From the NCBI GenBank assembly GCA_002633005.1, contig NMRA01000438.1, positions 199,831 through 263,117 on the forward strand: 63,287 nt of DNA, in the 5' to 3' direction. Position 1 is the first letter of the stretch; each line of letters starts with the position of its first letter. Position numbers and translations under genes: made by a program. Positions 1 to 11,959 of the stretch are shown here, piece after piece. Under the pieces are notes generated by a model that made no database searches, was not told the origin of the DNA, and saw nothing but the letters and a program-made list of their open reading frames with translations. This DNA comes from Phoronis australis (lineage: Eukaryota; Animalia; Phoronida).

Positions 1-1262
1 CGTCCAAAATAACATTCTGGCCGTCCAACAGAAAGCCGTTGCGTAAACCGTTGCTTGGGAGTCCGATTATTTTACGCTTTGAAACGTACAGTTGTATATT
101 TTGGCGAATAAAATCTTTTAATGTGTATGACATGTGACTTCCGTGTGTAACGCGCAGTCGTATATAGCTCTTCTAAATTACGAAATCAGAACCTAGTGTC
201 TCGTGGTCTAGAGGTTTAGAGTGAAGACACCACATTTTACGGCCAAGGTACGATACCCGGTGTCTATAGCTAAGTTTTGAAGTAACAAATTTGTAATGAA
301 GAAAACAAAAATTGAGAACTTGCTGAAACAAATAATCGTGGAGAGTGGAAAAAAGTTAGAAAATTAATAAACGTAGAGACCCGAATAAGCGCCGTATAGA
401 CCGGAAAACGAGTCTGAAAAAAATAATCGTATATATACGGCTATTCGGAACTCGAGAGTAATCAATGGAACTAGCCCCTGTTAGGTAACAGTTTGCATAT
501 TACGTAACATGCTAAAGTGGAGTTACGAATCAATGACCAGATAACGAACATTCATTAAATGCAGTTTCGGTGTGAAAATTTGTGAATGTACTAGGAAACA
601 TTTTTGTAAATTTCCTAGATCCCACCAAATTAAGTTCCACCAAATTTTGATGTAATAATACGTACTACTGGAGAAATATTGTTTGCAAGCTTAGTGGTTT
701 TCAATTTAAATCGCTATCTAAATCATGTAACCACTGGGGGTGGTGCCTGCGTTGTACTGCACTGATTGTGTAGTGTCAGCATCTGCCAGTGGTATTAACG
801 TCCTCTTTTCACTGTCCATAAACACAGGCAAATTTTAACCTAGAGCGCTGTGATATCGAATTTTTGTGTTGTGCTGACTGGTTCATCTTAAAAGTGTCAG
901 TTAACAGAAATCTGGGTTTTTCTCAGCAGAAACCAATTACCTTGCCCAGATAAGCTCAGCATTGTCTAATAATGGCTTTCTGATGATTGGCATGTAATGA
1001 CCTATAGATAATAAGATGTATGAATGCCTTGAAGTTTACTTGTAGTCTGTGGTGTATAGAGTGACAATAAGGCATTCACATTATTACAGTCTTGCAAGAC
1101 CTTGTGACTCCTATACATTGCACTTGTACAGCTGGCTTTAAATTCTTGCCAGAGGCTGAGTGTATCCATATTTAAAAACATCAAGTGAATTTGTTCTTAA
1201 TAACTTCTTTTGCTTATAGGTATTCGTCGATAATTATTTTACTCCTGTGCAAAACTTGAAGA

Positions 1263-1601
1263 ATGCCGTTGATAGAAGAAATTCCAGATTCTCCTCGAGA
1301 CACCAGTCCTGGAACAGGTATCGGTCTCATGAACAATAGGCCAACACCTGAAACACAGGTTCTTAAACAAAAAGAGACCTTGCTGGAAGTCATGGATGAT
1401 GCACCCATTACTGTTGGTGACCATGGTGACGTCATGGAAACCAGCACAAAGCCCATCATTGAGGAGATATCTGAAGCAGGTGCGAATAAAATGCCCCTTA
1501 TTGAAGAGGTTACAGATGTTACGAATGGTAAAGGGTCTTTGAATGAGGCGATGACACAAATGGAAAAAAGTGAAGACAAAACGGCAAATAGAGCAGAAAC
1601 T
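1263..1601 (+). CDS. DNAAF1: DNAAF1 coding exon 1
   Basis: Acceptor ttatag at 1219, ATG 1263, donor GTAAGT at 1602; [11 protein letters not shown]... Confidence 0.85.
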
Positions 1602-4600
1602 GTAAGTAGCAACCACTGCATAACTATGTTAAAATATCTGTATTTAGTTTGAAGACTGTTACGTCAAAGACATTAAAGGTGCCAAATGTACTGACAAAGT
1701 AGTTTGAAGGTTTTGACAGTGCGACGCTACATCATCCACTAAGTGTTTTAAATTTTAAGGGTAGCTATATTTTGCTCAGGATTGCTTTCTGTAAAGACCT
1801 CAAGTTCATTCTTTTTCATATACATTTCTCCCCCTTTCAAATAAATTCAGACTGAGGAAAGGGAGGAAGCAATTAGCACAATGAAGATTTAGTAAAATTT
1901 TGTCATAAAAGTATAACTTTAATTTGACTGCTTTCACAACTGAAACCTGACCTAGTATACTAGTGACTTAAGGTGACTATGTTTTCCAAATTTGCTTGTT
2001 GGGCATTCTTTTGCCAGCCCCCATGTCCGTAGAAGACTTCAATTTGACGTTCACTGTTCTTGCAATGTTCTCAATTTGTCAGGATTCCTCCAGTCCACGT
2101 GCTGGTTCTAATGACACTGGCAAGGAAGAACCAGCCAATAACTGGCCGCGGCTAACCAAGAAATTTCTACGGCAACACTGCAAAGATCTCAAGCTCTACC
2201 TAACACCTGCCCTGAACGATGTCCTTTACCTGCATTACAAAGGTAAGTAGTTTACCAGTGCATGATTGTCTGTCATGAAAGTGTTCATGCAGCTGGGAAT
2301 CATATTATTACTCATGTCTTGGTTAATGTGCACCGGCATTAAGTCTAGATTTCATGTTCTGTGGAACCAGTTTATGAAATATTTCACCAATTGTCTTGTC
2401 AGTATATTTTAAGAAATTCGTAAAAAATTTATCTGAAATTCTGTCATCGTGTGATTAACCCGTTGTGCAGAAAAGGTCAAAATTAGTAAAAGTTACTTTT
2501 TATTAATTGTTTGAGCTGGCAATCATTTTGTCGTAAAGTTCAAATAGGATGATCTGAATGTTGGTATAGTTTGATTTTGGAAACCTATAAACATGTACCA
2601 CAGACTTGCCATTTTTATAATTGATGACTTGCAAATAAATATATATTTTGAGAATCCCCCTAGGAAGATAACCTCTTTTATGATTTCAGGAATTTACAAA
2701 ATTGAGAATCTTGATGAGTACACTGGTCTCAGATGCCTGTGGCTGGAATGTAATGGGATCAAAGAAATTGAGAACCTTGACCACCAGACGGCGCTCCGGT
2801 GCCTGTATCTACAGCAGAACTTGATAGAAAGGATAGATAACCTGCATGTTTGCCCGGAGCTACAGAGCCTCAATCTGTCTAACAACCTCATCAAGAAGAT
2901 TGAAAACTTGGGTAGGTAGTGTGCAGTGTGGCCGGTATTTGATGGTTATATATGTGCAGAGGTCGATCCAAGAACCTGTGAGTGAATGACAGTAGCGGGC
3001 TGTGTTCGGCAGAAATCGAGGCAAATTAGAGCTTGCATGCAAATGTCAATAATACGTATTTGTTGGGTATATGTACAGCAATTAAGAACCTTAATTGTTT
3101 GAAAGACAGTGGTCTTTAATTATCTCATTTTCAGCACGTACATGTATCCTAGTATAATAACTCACCATAATTGTCTTCCACAACCATTTGGTTGTCTCGT
3201 GCTGAGTTTGAGCAATTAAGAACCTAACATGTGTTTGTGTGAATGCTAATGACCTGAGTGTATTTCATGGTTTGGTGCAGAAGTAGTTTAGCAGCATTTT
3301 AGAAAAATATGGCAACGCCTCAAATTTGTGGGTTTAAAACATTCTTAAGTTATTTATAAGTGAGATGTAAAAAGTCTGTTAGTACATAGTTGCCTGCCAA
3401 TGGTAGCTTTGTTTGCTTTGTTTGAGGTATTTAAAATGGCAGTTCTAAGGTTTTTTGTTTTTCCTTCTCTGTTAATTATTTTTGATTATTATTAGCAGAA
3501 ATGTAGTTGTGATCAACTCATGAAGGAATTGAGCTCACGAACAAGCTGCTTTCAAGACCTGGTTTCCTCTCTCACTTTAGCCTGCCTGTCCAAGTTGGGT
3601 ACCCTGCAGGTCACCCATAACAAGTTGACTGACGCTGCCTCTCTCGAGCATCTGATAGAGTGTAAACAACTGAGCGTCCTTGACCTTGCACACAACAAGA
3701 TCGATGACCCGGAGGTCATCGACGTATTTGAGAAAATGGAGACTCTTGTAAGTTGGATATTCAGTGAATATGATCTTAAAGATGGTGATGCTAGTGTTAT
3801 GTAATGTAGTCTTTTGCTGTTGATAATTCTTTTAAATATTCTGAATCAGTTAATAGCAATTTTTGAAAAATCATTTTCTCCCATGTTAGATTTATCATTA
3901 GTACAATCATTTTTAATTTTGGTTATACATTAAATTTGATATACTGTTGTTTTATTAAAACTGAGGCATGCAAAACTCTCAAGTATTAGATGCTAAACTG
4001 AATGTTCTTTGACTTGCGGTTTGTGTTTGAATCAGCGTAACATTATCTGGCTACTGTATCATTCCAGAGAGTGCTAAGTCTGATGGGTAACCCAGTGATA
4101 AGGAAAATAAAAGACTACCGAAAAACCTTGATTGTGAGACTGGTAAGGGTTGTGTCACTAATATTCGCCTTGCATGATCATTCGTGGCCTAAATGCTAAA
4201 TGTCATCATGGTGGTATCATCATGGTGGTTTCCTATTTAGGCCGCAAAACTCGACTTAATTGTTTTACGTTTTTGTTATAAGTGATATTTTCGAGAGTTA
4301 GTGTCATTACCATGCAGACTCGCGTGACGACTAAGCAAAAGTTCAAGCACAAATTCTGGCCAATGGTGAGCTGCTGTTACAACTCAAAAGTGTTAACTGC
4401 CACAAGGTCAGGCCTGTGGCAATAGCTCATTATGGAGTTTAAACGTGTAGTGATAGTTATTTGCTCATTTTCTCTGTCAGCAATAGTATTGCAATATTAG
4501 TCACTTACTGGGGTCCCACATTTTGAGGGACAATGAACAAGTTGTTGTTTTCATTTTTAAGTTTTTAATTGATTAAAGAAAGTTGAAAGTTGTATGTTTA

Positions 4601-7600
4601 TCAAAAATATATATTTTGTGTTTTGCCTGTTTTACTAAGTGGAGTCTTGTTTTACCCACTGCTAGTATTAAGACTTCTAGTCATTCTAATGGTAATGTAC
4701 GTACTCCATGGAAGCATTGCAGTGCTTACGTGAATGCCAAAACAAAAGTGACTTGAATTTCAACAAAAGTTCTGTTTCTCTTGTCAACTAAATGCACTTG
4801 GGCTGTTGTAGGTTACACCCTTGATCCAAATTTCTTTTTTGTCAGTTGCTAGCACCTTAAATTGGGGCTACTTCTCGTTTTAGAAAAACCTGACCTACTT
4901 AGACGACAGACCGGTCTTCCCCAAGGACAGAGCATGTGCAGAAGCATGGTAAGTCGATGTGTTGTGTCATGATCAGCGCTGATCAAAACTCTGTTGAACA
5001 GTTCATTTGTGTAGGCTGAGCTGTTCAATTTTTTTTTTGCTGGAATGAACATTAATTGCAGTTAGACAACGTTTTCCTCATTTTTGATTGTTGTTTAAAA
5101 CTACCCATTCTTACTGATCTCTGCTGGAAAATTCAGTAAAGCTGATGCTCAACATTTTATGTATTAATTAACTTGAATTTTCACCCAATGCAACGGAATC
5201 TTCATTAATTATGCAATTGCAAACACCCGTGGGCTTTTGCATCGACAAGTTATAAATTTGGCTGCACTCAGCGACAAGTCTCGAGATATTTGGAGTTGAA
5301 CCATAGCTGTATTGGGCAAGAGCATTCATTTGCTGATATTTGGATAAAAAACTTTTTTCTCCGTTATAGGGCTGTTGGTGGAAAGGAAGCTGAGAAAGCT
5401 GAAAGGGAAAAATGGGTGAACAAGGAAAGGAAGAAGATACAGGATAGTGTGGATGGTAAGGGTCAAAGGTCATGCAATATTCAACCAGGGTCGACTAAAA
5501 ACAAAGACGGAAGTATTTTGAATTGATGACCATACCAATTATTCTGAGCTTGATACAGATTTGTGAAATTTGAATTTACGTCTGATTAGTAAGTTGACAA
5601 TGTTATAGATTATGTGAATTTGTAGCTAAAGACATTTTGCTCAATACTCTATCCAAATTATGTTGTGAGAGATAGTTCAAATTGACATTTATTTGATATT
5701 AAAAAACTCGGTTCTGGGTCTGTGTCCCAGCTCATTTTGAAACCTGCATCTCACTGCTTAAAAATGCCCACCTGCATTAATTTTTAGTTGGTTGTGACAA
5801 CTTCATCCTTGGCCTAAGGCTACTCGAGTTGTTTTGTCCGTCATGAGTTTACTTCATGAGGTGTCTTTTAGCTCTCCTGGCTATTCGAAATAAAAACATC
5901 GCGGAGCGAATGGAGCGTGAAATTCGCGAGAAGCACGGACTAGATGCCGATGATGACTCCATAAAGGTGGATCCCGATACGGTCGACTGGTTGTACGACT
6001 CTGCCAAAGCTAATGTTGTGAAGAAGGATGGGACGACAGAAGAAATCAAGATTGGTAGCACACCTGAGGTGAGGGAATTGTGAGAGTCCGTTGTTGTTTA
6101 GGCTCGTATGAGATTAATCGGAGAGTTCGTCAGCTTTTATTGAAGAGAATGGATGAGGCTTTGTACAATTTGTATGTTTTTATGGCAAGATGTTGTGTGA
6201 GAGGTAAGATTTGTCTGTTATTGCACCAATGTCTCCCTTCATCCTGAACTCTATCAAGACACACTCAACACTCAATAAATCTAAATTTACTAATTTAACA
6301 ACTTGATACTGGCAGTTGTGTTTTCTAAAAATAATTCACGTTCACTTGCTGAATTTGTATTATTGTAGGCCGATTCCAGTGAGAGCAGTCCTGTCAGGAA
6401 ACCAGATGTTGCCACTGAGTTACCCTATATCTCAGCCAAAGCCCGCGAAGAAAGTCAAGGGATATTCTCTAGTAGCAAAAAGACAAGCAAGTCATCCACT
6501 GACGATCTCATTTCCAGTATCATGTCAGAGTCTGTTGCCAAGACAACAGCGGGAAAGAAGACACTGATCACTGAATTGCCTGATGAGGATTTGGAGACAA
6601 TCGACGCAGGAAATGATTTGGATGTAAGCATTTAGCTGCAAACTTTAATTTTTATTAAGGAGATTCTGAAAAGTGTGTTATACTATGTGGAGAGTTATAG
6701 CCGTCATTTTCATAATATCTAGATCTTAAAGGCTTCAGAAGGTCTGTGAACTTTAACGTATGTGTAAAAACATGACACCATGCAGGAATGTTAATTATTG
6801 CATTACATTTATGTTAGTTTGCTCACAACTTTAACGGATGATTGTCGTCACAGGACCTTCCTGATCTGGAGGAGGTTGATGTTGCTGAACTTATGAGAAG
6901 TGACGAGAAACAGAGAAAGCAGGTAGGCTGGACGTGGATGTTTATCTTAATTTCTCGCATCAAGCGTACAAGCTTGTTTTGTTATTCACTTCAGTATTTC
7001 CTTTTTTACATATTATGTGAGTCATTTGTGTGTTATTGATACACAAAGCTTTCATTTTTATTCCATACACATTTTGTACATAATTAAGTGTTCGCTCATT
7101 TAGCAAAATTACTGATAGACATAAAATTTGGTTAATGGATATTGATATTGATGTTGATATAGGTTCCTATGCTCTGAGTAAAAAATATATAACATTTTGT
7201 TTGCATGTTTGATTCTTGCAGGCTTTCCAACCCCAAATTGAGATTCTTGAAGACGATGAGTGCTTGCCAACTGACCAATCAAAAGGCACGTCTCTGCTCA
7301 TCGAGGAAGTGAGCAGCAGTCAATCAGGACACTTAGAATGTCAGTCGAAAGGTAGTCGACTACTAATTGAAGAAGTCGGTAGTAAAGACCCAGAGGAGAG
7401 CAGTGGTGTCAAGGAAAAACAGAAGTCTGAAACACTGCTTGCTCAAATGTCAGAAATTGCTGAGTCGGACATAGCCAAAACAGGACGCATTGAAGGCGTA
7501 ATAGAAGGAAAGGATTTTGACAATGATTTAATAACAGAAAAAGTGAGGCAGCTCACAACACAGTCCGAGTATAGAGAAGACAATGATTTAGAAGGGCTTG

Positions 7601-7605
7601 ATTAG
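1263..7605 (+). CDS. DNAAF1: Dynein axonemal assembly factor 1 (LRRC50/ODA7 homolog), 11 coding exons, ~672 aa
   Basis: Exons 1263-1601, 2083-2242, 2690-2911, 3581-3747, 4068-4142, 4884-4948, 5370-5455, 5872-6068, 6369-6623, 6854-6922 and 7222-7605 join in frame with GT-AG introns (2019 nt). The translation has the family motifs [56 protein letters not shown]22-like LRRs, the LRR cap [43 protein letters not shown], and [13 protein letters not shown]. Confidence 0.95.
2083..2242 (+). CDS. DNAAF1: DNAAF1 coding exon 2
   Basis: cag|GAT...AAA G|gtaagt; [34 protein letters not shown]. Confidence 0.93.
2690..2911 (+). CDS. DNAAF1: DNAAF1 coding exon 3 (LRRs)
   Basis: [29 protein letters not shown]...; phase-1 junctions match. 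Confidence 0.95.
3581..3747 (+). CDS. DNAAF1: DNAAF1 coding exon 4 (LRRs)
   Basis: [15 protein letters not shown]...[26 protein letters not shown]; tttag acceptor, gtaagt donor. Confidence 0.93.
4068..4142 (+). CDS. DNAAF1: DNAAF1 coding exon 5
   Basis: [25 protein letters not shown], 75 nt, phase 0-0. Confidence 0.93.
4884..4948 (+). CDS. DNAAF1: DNAAF1 coding exon 6
   Basis: [22 protein letters not shown]. Confidence 0.93.
5370..5455 (+). CDS. DNAAF1: DNAAF1 coding exon 7
   Basis: [28 protein letters not shown]. Confidence 0.92.
5872..6068 (+). CDS. DNAAF1: DNAAF1 coding exon 8
   Basis: [21 protein letters not shown]...; donor GTGAGG. Confidence 0.88.
6369..6623 (+). CDS. DNAAF1: DNAAF1 coding exon 9
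   Basis: Open 255-nt exon [11 protein letters not shown]...[22 protein letters not shown], phase 0-0. Confidence 0.85.
6854..6922 (+). CDS. DNAAF1: DNAAF1 coding exon 10
   Basis: [23 protein letters not shown], 69 nt. Confidence 0.85.
7222..7605 (+). CDS. DNAAF1: DNAAF1 last coding exon
   Basis: ttgcag|GCT TTC...; acidic tail ending DNDLEGLD then TAG. Confidence 0.88.
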   Translation, partial: AFQPQIEILEDDECLPTDQSKGTSLLIEEVSSSQSGHLECQSKGSRLLIEEVGSKDPEESSGVKEKQKSETLLAQMSEIAESDIAKTGRIEGVIEGKDFDNDLITEKVRQLTTQSEYREDNDLEGLD

Positions 7606-9054
7606 AGTTTCAGATGGTACAATGTGTAAAATACTGAATGACACAAACAGATCTGTAACACACCAAATAACTTTTGGCAGAACTACTTGTTACAGAGTGT
7701 GAAATATCAACCGACATTGTCATATTCTTTGAGCTTATGTACACAAGAGTGGCCCGTGTATGAAGCCAGGCCTTGTGCCTGGTCACTTTGGACAGCTGTC
7801 AATCACAAACTCATTAATTTGGAACTGCACTGACAATTTTGCTGGAATAATCAACACAATAGACATTGATCCCTATTCCTCACCAGCATTCAATTCGACC
7901 ATTTTGTGTGCTTGCCCATAGGCCTTACCATAATTCTTTATTATAAAGCCATTTTGTTATGGCAAAATTTCAACTATTCGTACGAAGTGTACAGTCATGT
8001 GGCTGACAAGTGATTTTTTTTCATTTTTCACGCAAGATTAGTAACACCAAATAAGTGCTATATCATATTTAAAGATCTATACAATAGCTACAATCAAACA
8101 ATTCTGAGAAATAATTATAGTAAATTCAGAAAGTTATAAGAATTTGAGAAATGAAAAATTGGCAATTATTTTTGTCTGAAATTGATGAGATTTTACTGTT
8201 AACCATTCTTATCAAGTGGTTTATTTCTCTCCCACAGCTTCAGTATCCCACAGTTTCAATGCAATCCTTTTATCAGAACTAATGCCTACACAGCAACTGT
8301 TACTCTTAATGAAGAATCATTCTTCTAATGAAGCTACCTTCCCCTCCCTAAGCCTGGCGTCCTTCCCCTTGCTACTAGTGAGAGACTGACAGTCAATGAT
8401 GAATATGGTACGTTCGTATACTGTACGAGGCGACTTGGCCTACAGTTCACATGTACCGTATACATAAGACACTAACGGCACACTTGTGGATAAAATTTTG
8501 TGTATCGAATGAAAGCTAGATTATATCCCATAATTCAACATTCCAACCTCACCGACCAATCCCTTAGTCGCGGCCCTTTTGCTAGGGTACGCTAGTAAGG
8601 TCATCAAACATACTCGCGTGGCGCTCCCCTTTAATTCACTTCACTTTGTGTGGTCTTACTTTTTGGGAGTTTCTTACGTCTACGGAATGCATCCATAGTC
8701 AGCTGCATTTTGGTGGAATATTTTACTTAAGCTGCAGAGATTGGCTAGGTTGTGTTACAACAAATTTGCAGCAATCAGCTTGGCACAGTTTTTGTTATTG
8801 AAACATTGTTAGATAATTAAAACTTATGTGTACTGCACTGTATTAATGGCATTTATAGAATACTGTTCAATACTTAACTTTACGTGAGTGTTACAATTAG
8901 TATTAACTGAAATTTGTTCTTTAAATTTTCTTTAAATTTACTTCGTTAAGGTATAATTTGCCCGTTGAATCAATGCCAACATAGAAAATTAATATGTTTC
9001 TTACCGAGAACTTTTTGTGAAGCTTCATCACTTCAGTACATTACATCAAGTTCA

Positions 9055-9185
9055 GGGTAGAGTTGAGTAACGCTAAAAAAGCAAGACTTCGCAAAATTAC
9101 GTGAGATACTGCTGTGTATTTTCAACGCGAGCATGTGATTTCCACTAGATTTTTCTCACTGCGAGACAGCTTCTGAACTCTACCC
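9055..9185. mobile_element. ~130-bp MITE-like dispersed repeat (other copies at ~31553-31699 reversed and ~39660-39783)
   Basis: TIR GGGTAGAGTT.AG / CTGAACTCTACCC; the internal CGCTAAAAAGCAAGA.TTC...AAATTACGTGA is shared by all three copies. Confidence 0.6.
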
Positions 9186-9892
9186 AAGATTCACTCAATT
9201 TTTGTAACATAACCAAAAACACTCCCAGAGTTTGTGGGTGGCATTTGCAATTGTTTCTCATTCCAAAAATTGATTCACTGTCATTTTCATTTATAATATC
9301 TGATTTGTACATTTTACATTGTTTGAACCAACTGTTGCAGAAAATTAAATTTATAATTGTTGAAAAGATAGAACTATGATGACTCATATTGCACCATATT
9401 GCTATTTCTCATACAGGTACAAGAAGAACATTTACAGAAAACACCGAGTAATACACATCGACAAGTAACCACGACAACAAATCCACATTCCAAACCAACA
9501 TGCAATGACACGCAAGAAATTTTTCTCGGCAAATAAAAACGTGGCTAACAAACTTGAGCCCTCATATCCAATCTTTTTACTTGAAATTGAAAATGTATTT
9601 GGCGTTCTCCGTATTCTTTTAGAACTAACTCAAGATAATTGTCTATTATTCTGGAATTCAGTATATTACGAATTACGGAAACCACTGTGCAGTCCAAATT
9701 CACACTTGATCATTCCTAGATTCGAGCTACAAAATGGAATAAAAATTTTAGATTTCACGTTCAGATTGGAGCTCGTAGCCTAGCTTTAATACCAGAGGTC
9801 ATCACGTGCAAATCAGGATTACAACCATGCACATCAATCATACACCCGAGCACAGAATAGTTTCGAGTTCGAATATAAGTTCCCCGTTCCTA

Positions 9893-10183
9893 GGACCAGT
9901 TTCAGGAACTTATAAGTGACTTAAGACTTAAAGACAGAAATTTGGTCTTAAGTTCTCACATCACAATTGATGAAAAAAGGTTTAGCCAAGTGAATACGAG
10001 ACCATCACAGCCTAGAAATAAGTTTTAGAAATTATCTCGGTAACTAGCGTTTAGTTATGTGTATCTACTCGTAGACTGCACTTTTGCCTGAGTAAGATTG
10101 AAATATTTTTCATAGTAAATAGTACGGAGCACGAGAGCAAATTTTTGCCTAGAATCTTAAGTCACCTTTCATGAGACAGAGCC
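9893..10183. mobile_element. MITE-like element (PIF/Harbinger-type ends)
   Basis: Imperfect inverted ends GGACCAGTTTCAGGAAC..AAGTGACTTAAG / CTTAAGTCACCTTTCATGAGACAGAGCC. Confidence 0.4.
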
Positions 10184-10636
10184 ATGGTTGCAGCAAAGAC
10201 AGTGGTAGACATGCGGCAGTAAATGTGCAATTAGTGAATGAAAATTTTCAACTGATGTTAAAGAATGTGAATGTAGTTTATATTTGGACTTAACATTTGC
10301 CTTCACAAACAACGCTAATGAACTGCCCGACACCAAAAATTATACAGTTAGACGAACTTACCTTAAGTGAAGGATGACTGTAATTTTATGTATCCCCAGA
10401 ATTCCCCCAGAGTGCTAACATGNGCACGAGAGCAAATTTTTGCCTAGAATCTTAAGTCACCTTTCATGAGACAGAGCCATGGTTGCAGCAAAGACAGTGG
10501 TAGACATGCGGCAGTAAATGTGCAATTAGTGAATGAAAATTTTCAACTGATGTTAAAGAATGTGAATGTAGTTTATATTTGGACTTAACATTTGCCTTCA
10601 CAAACAACGCTAATGAACTGCCCGACACCAAAAATT
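10129..10636. repeat. Apparently identical 213-bp duplication across an N (probable contig-join artefact)
   Basis: 10129-10341 matches 10424-10636, and the second copy starts immediately after the N at 10423. Confidence 0.8.
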
Positions 10637-11860
10637 CAAGATAACACCATCTTGACCAAGGCCAGGTATATACGTAAGCTTAGTTCAAATGGCGCCCAGA
10701 ACTGTACACAATGCTATCATCATGGTGTAGTACTTTGGAGCAACATGATTACAACTTGGAAATTTTTTAGTCTTTGACGATAAGGCATGCAATAAGCTTT
10801 ACTAACGAACACAACTTTTTTCAGAATGCTAGGTTATGTAATGTCCAGTACTGAGTTTACTTTTTTGGACGAAGATGTCTACGAACACGACTTTATTCTG
10901 TATTAAGCTGCTAGATCCAAGTGCATCCAATAAGACGGTAATAATTCGAATTAAACAAAATTTTGTATGCTATACAAAGATTAATCATGACCTTTGACCT
11001 GGGTCTAAAAAATCACGAAAACAGCGTGTCTCTGCATTACCTAACAATTTTCGCAGATCGGATTTTTCCAGAATATTTTTTTGGTGATTATAATGACGTT
11101 GATTTGGAGATTTTTTGTACCCAGATCATAGATGATTTGTTTCAATGGTTTGCAAAACTTGGCCCCAACAAAACATAACAGAGCAATAGTATTGGGTTCT
11201 GGTTACATTTTGTGACGTTACTGGAGCAATACACATTCAACAGAAATCCGACTTAAAACCCCTTCAGAGCACCCAAAGCATTAAAAATTCCGACTCTCGG
11301 GGTTCAAAATACAACCTCTAACTACAATTCAAACTGAGTTTTGATACTTTACGTTCCACATTTTACATCCGAACAGATTCCATATCAAAATTGGCTCTAG
11401 GTCATCTCAATGTTCGGCCAAAAACTCAACTTCAAACCTGAGGTTTAATTCTAGCTTAAATCGGAGGAAATGATCTAGATTGCACCTTCAGACCAACAAA
11501 CAAGACATTTTAAAATAAATAGGTCTGAAATTTAACACATGACTTCTGGTCAGGAATGTGCCTTTCAACTGAGCAAATCCTCTATTTTTCATACGGAGGA
11601 CAAAACTTCAATTTCTTTTCGCTACATGCATTGCACTTCCGCAAAACTCCATGATCACGAGAAACACAACATTATGATCCATAAGCAGTTACCACTTATT
11701 CTCCTATTTTACATAATCTACTATTTACACCTTTTCTTAAATTACAATTGTCAAAACATAGCATCGTCTCACCAAATACTATTAGATACTACTGTGAATT
11801 GCCTTCTCGATAAAACGAGCGTCACCACTACAGACACACGGCTATTGTAAACTAGCGGGA

Positions 11861-11959
11861 TCATCGTGCCGGTGTGTCGACCATTTCTATGTCAATCTTG
11901 TAGTAAACGTAAGGATAGTACTCGGAGGACGACATGGAAAGACCCGGGATGTCCATTGC
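11861..11959 (-). CDS. ATP6V1C1: ATP6V1C last coding exon
   Basis: [32 protein letters not shown] then TGA. Confidence 0.95.
   Translation of the reverse strand, partial: AMDIPGLSMSSSEYYPYVYYKIDIEMVDTPAR

Noticed and set aside
1214-1621. Antisense ORFs of 135 and 125 aa overlapping DNAAF1 exon 1
   Set aside because: Shadow ORFs on the opposite strand of a genuine coding exon.
10129-10636. Exact 213-bp direct duplication as a biological repeat
   Set aside because: The second copy begins right after an N and appears identical, which is typical of an unmerged contig overlap.
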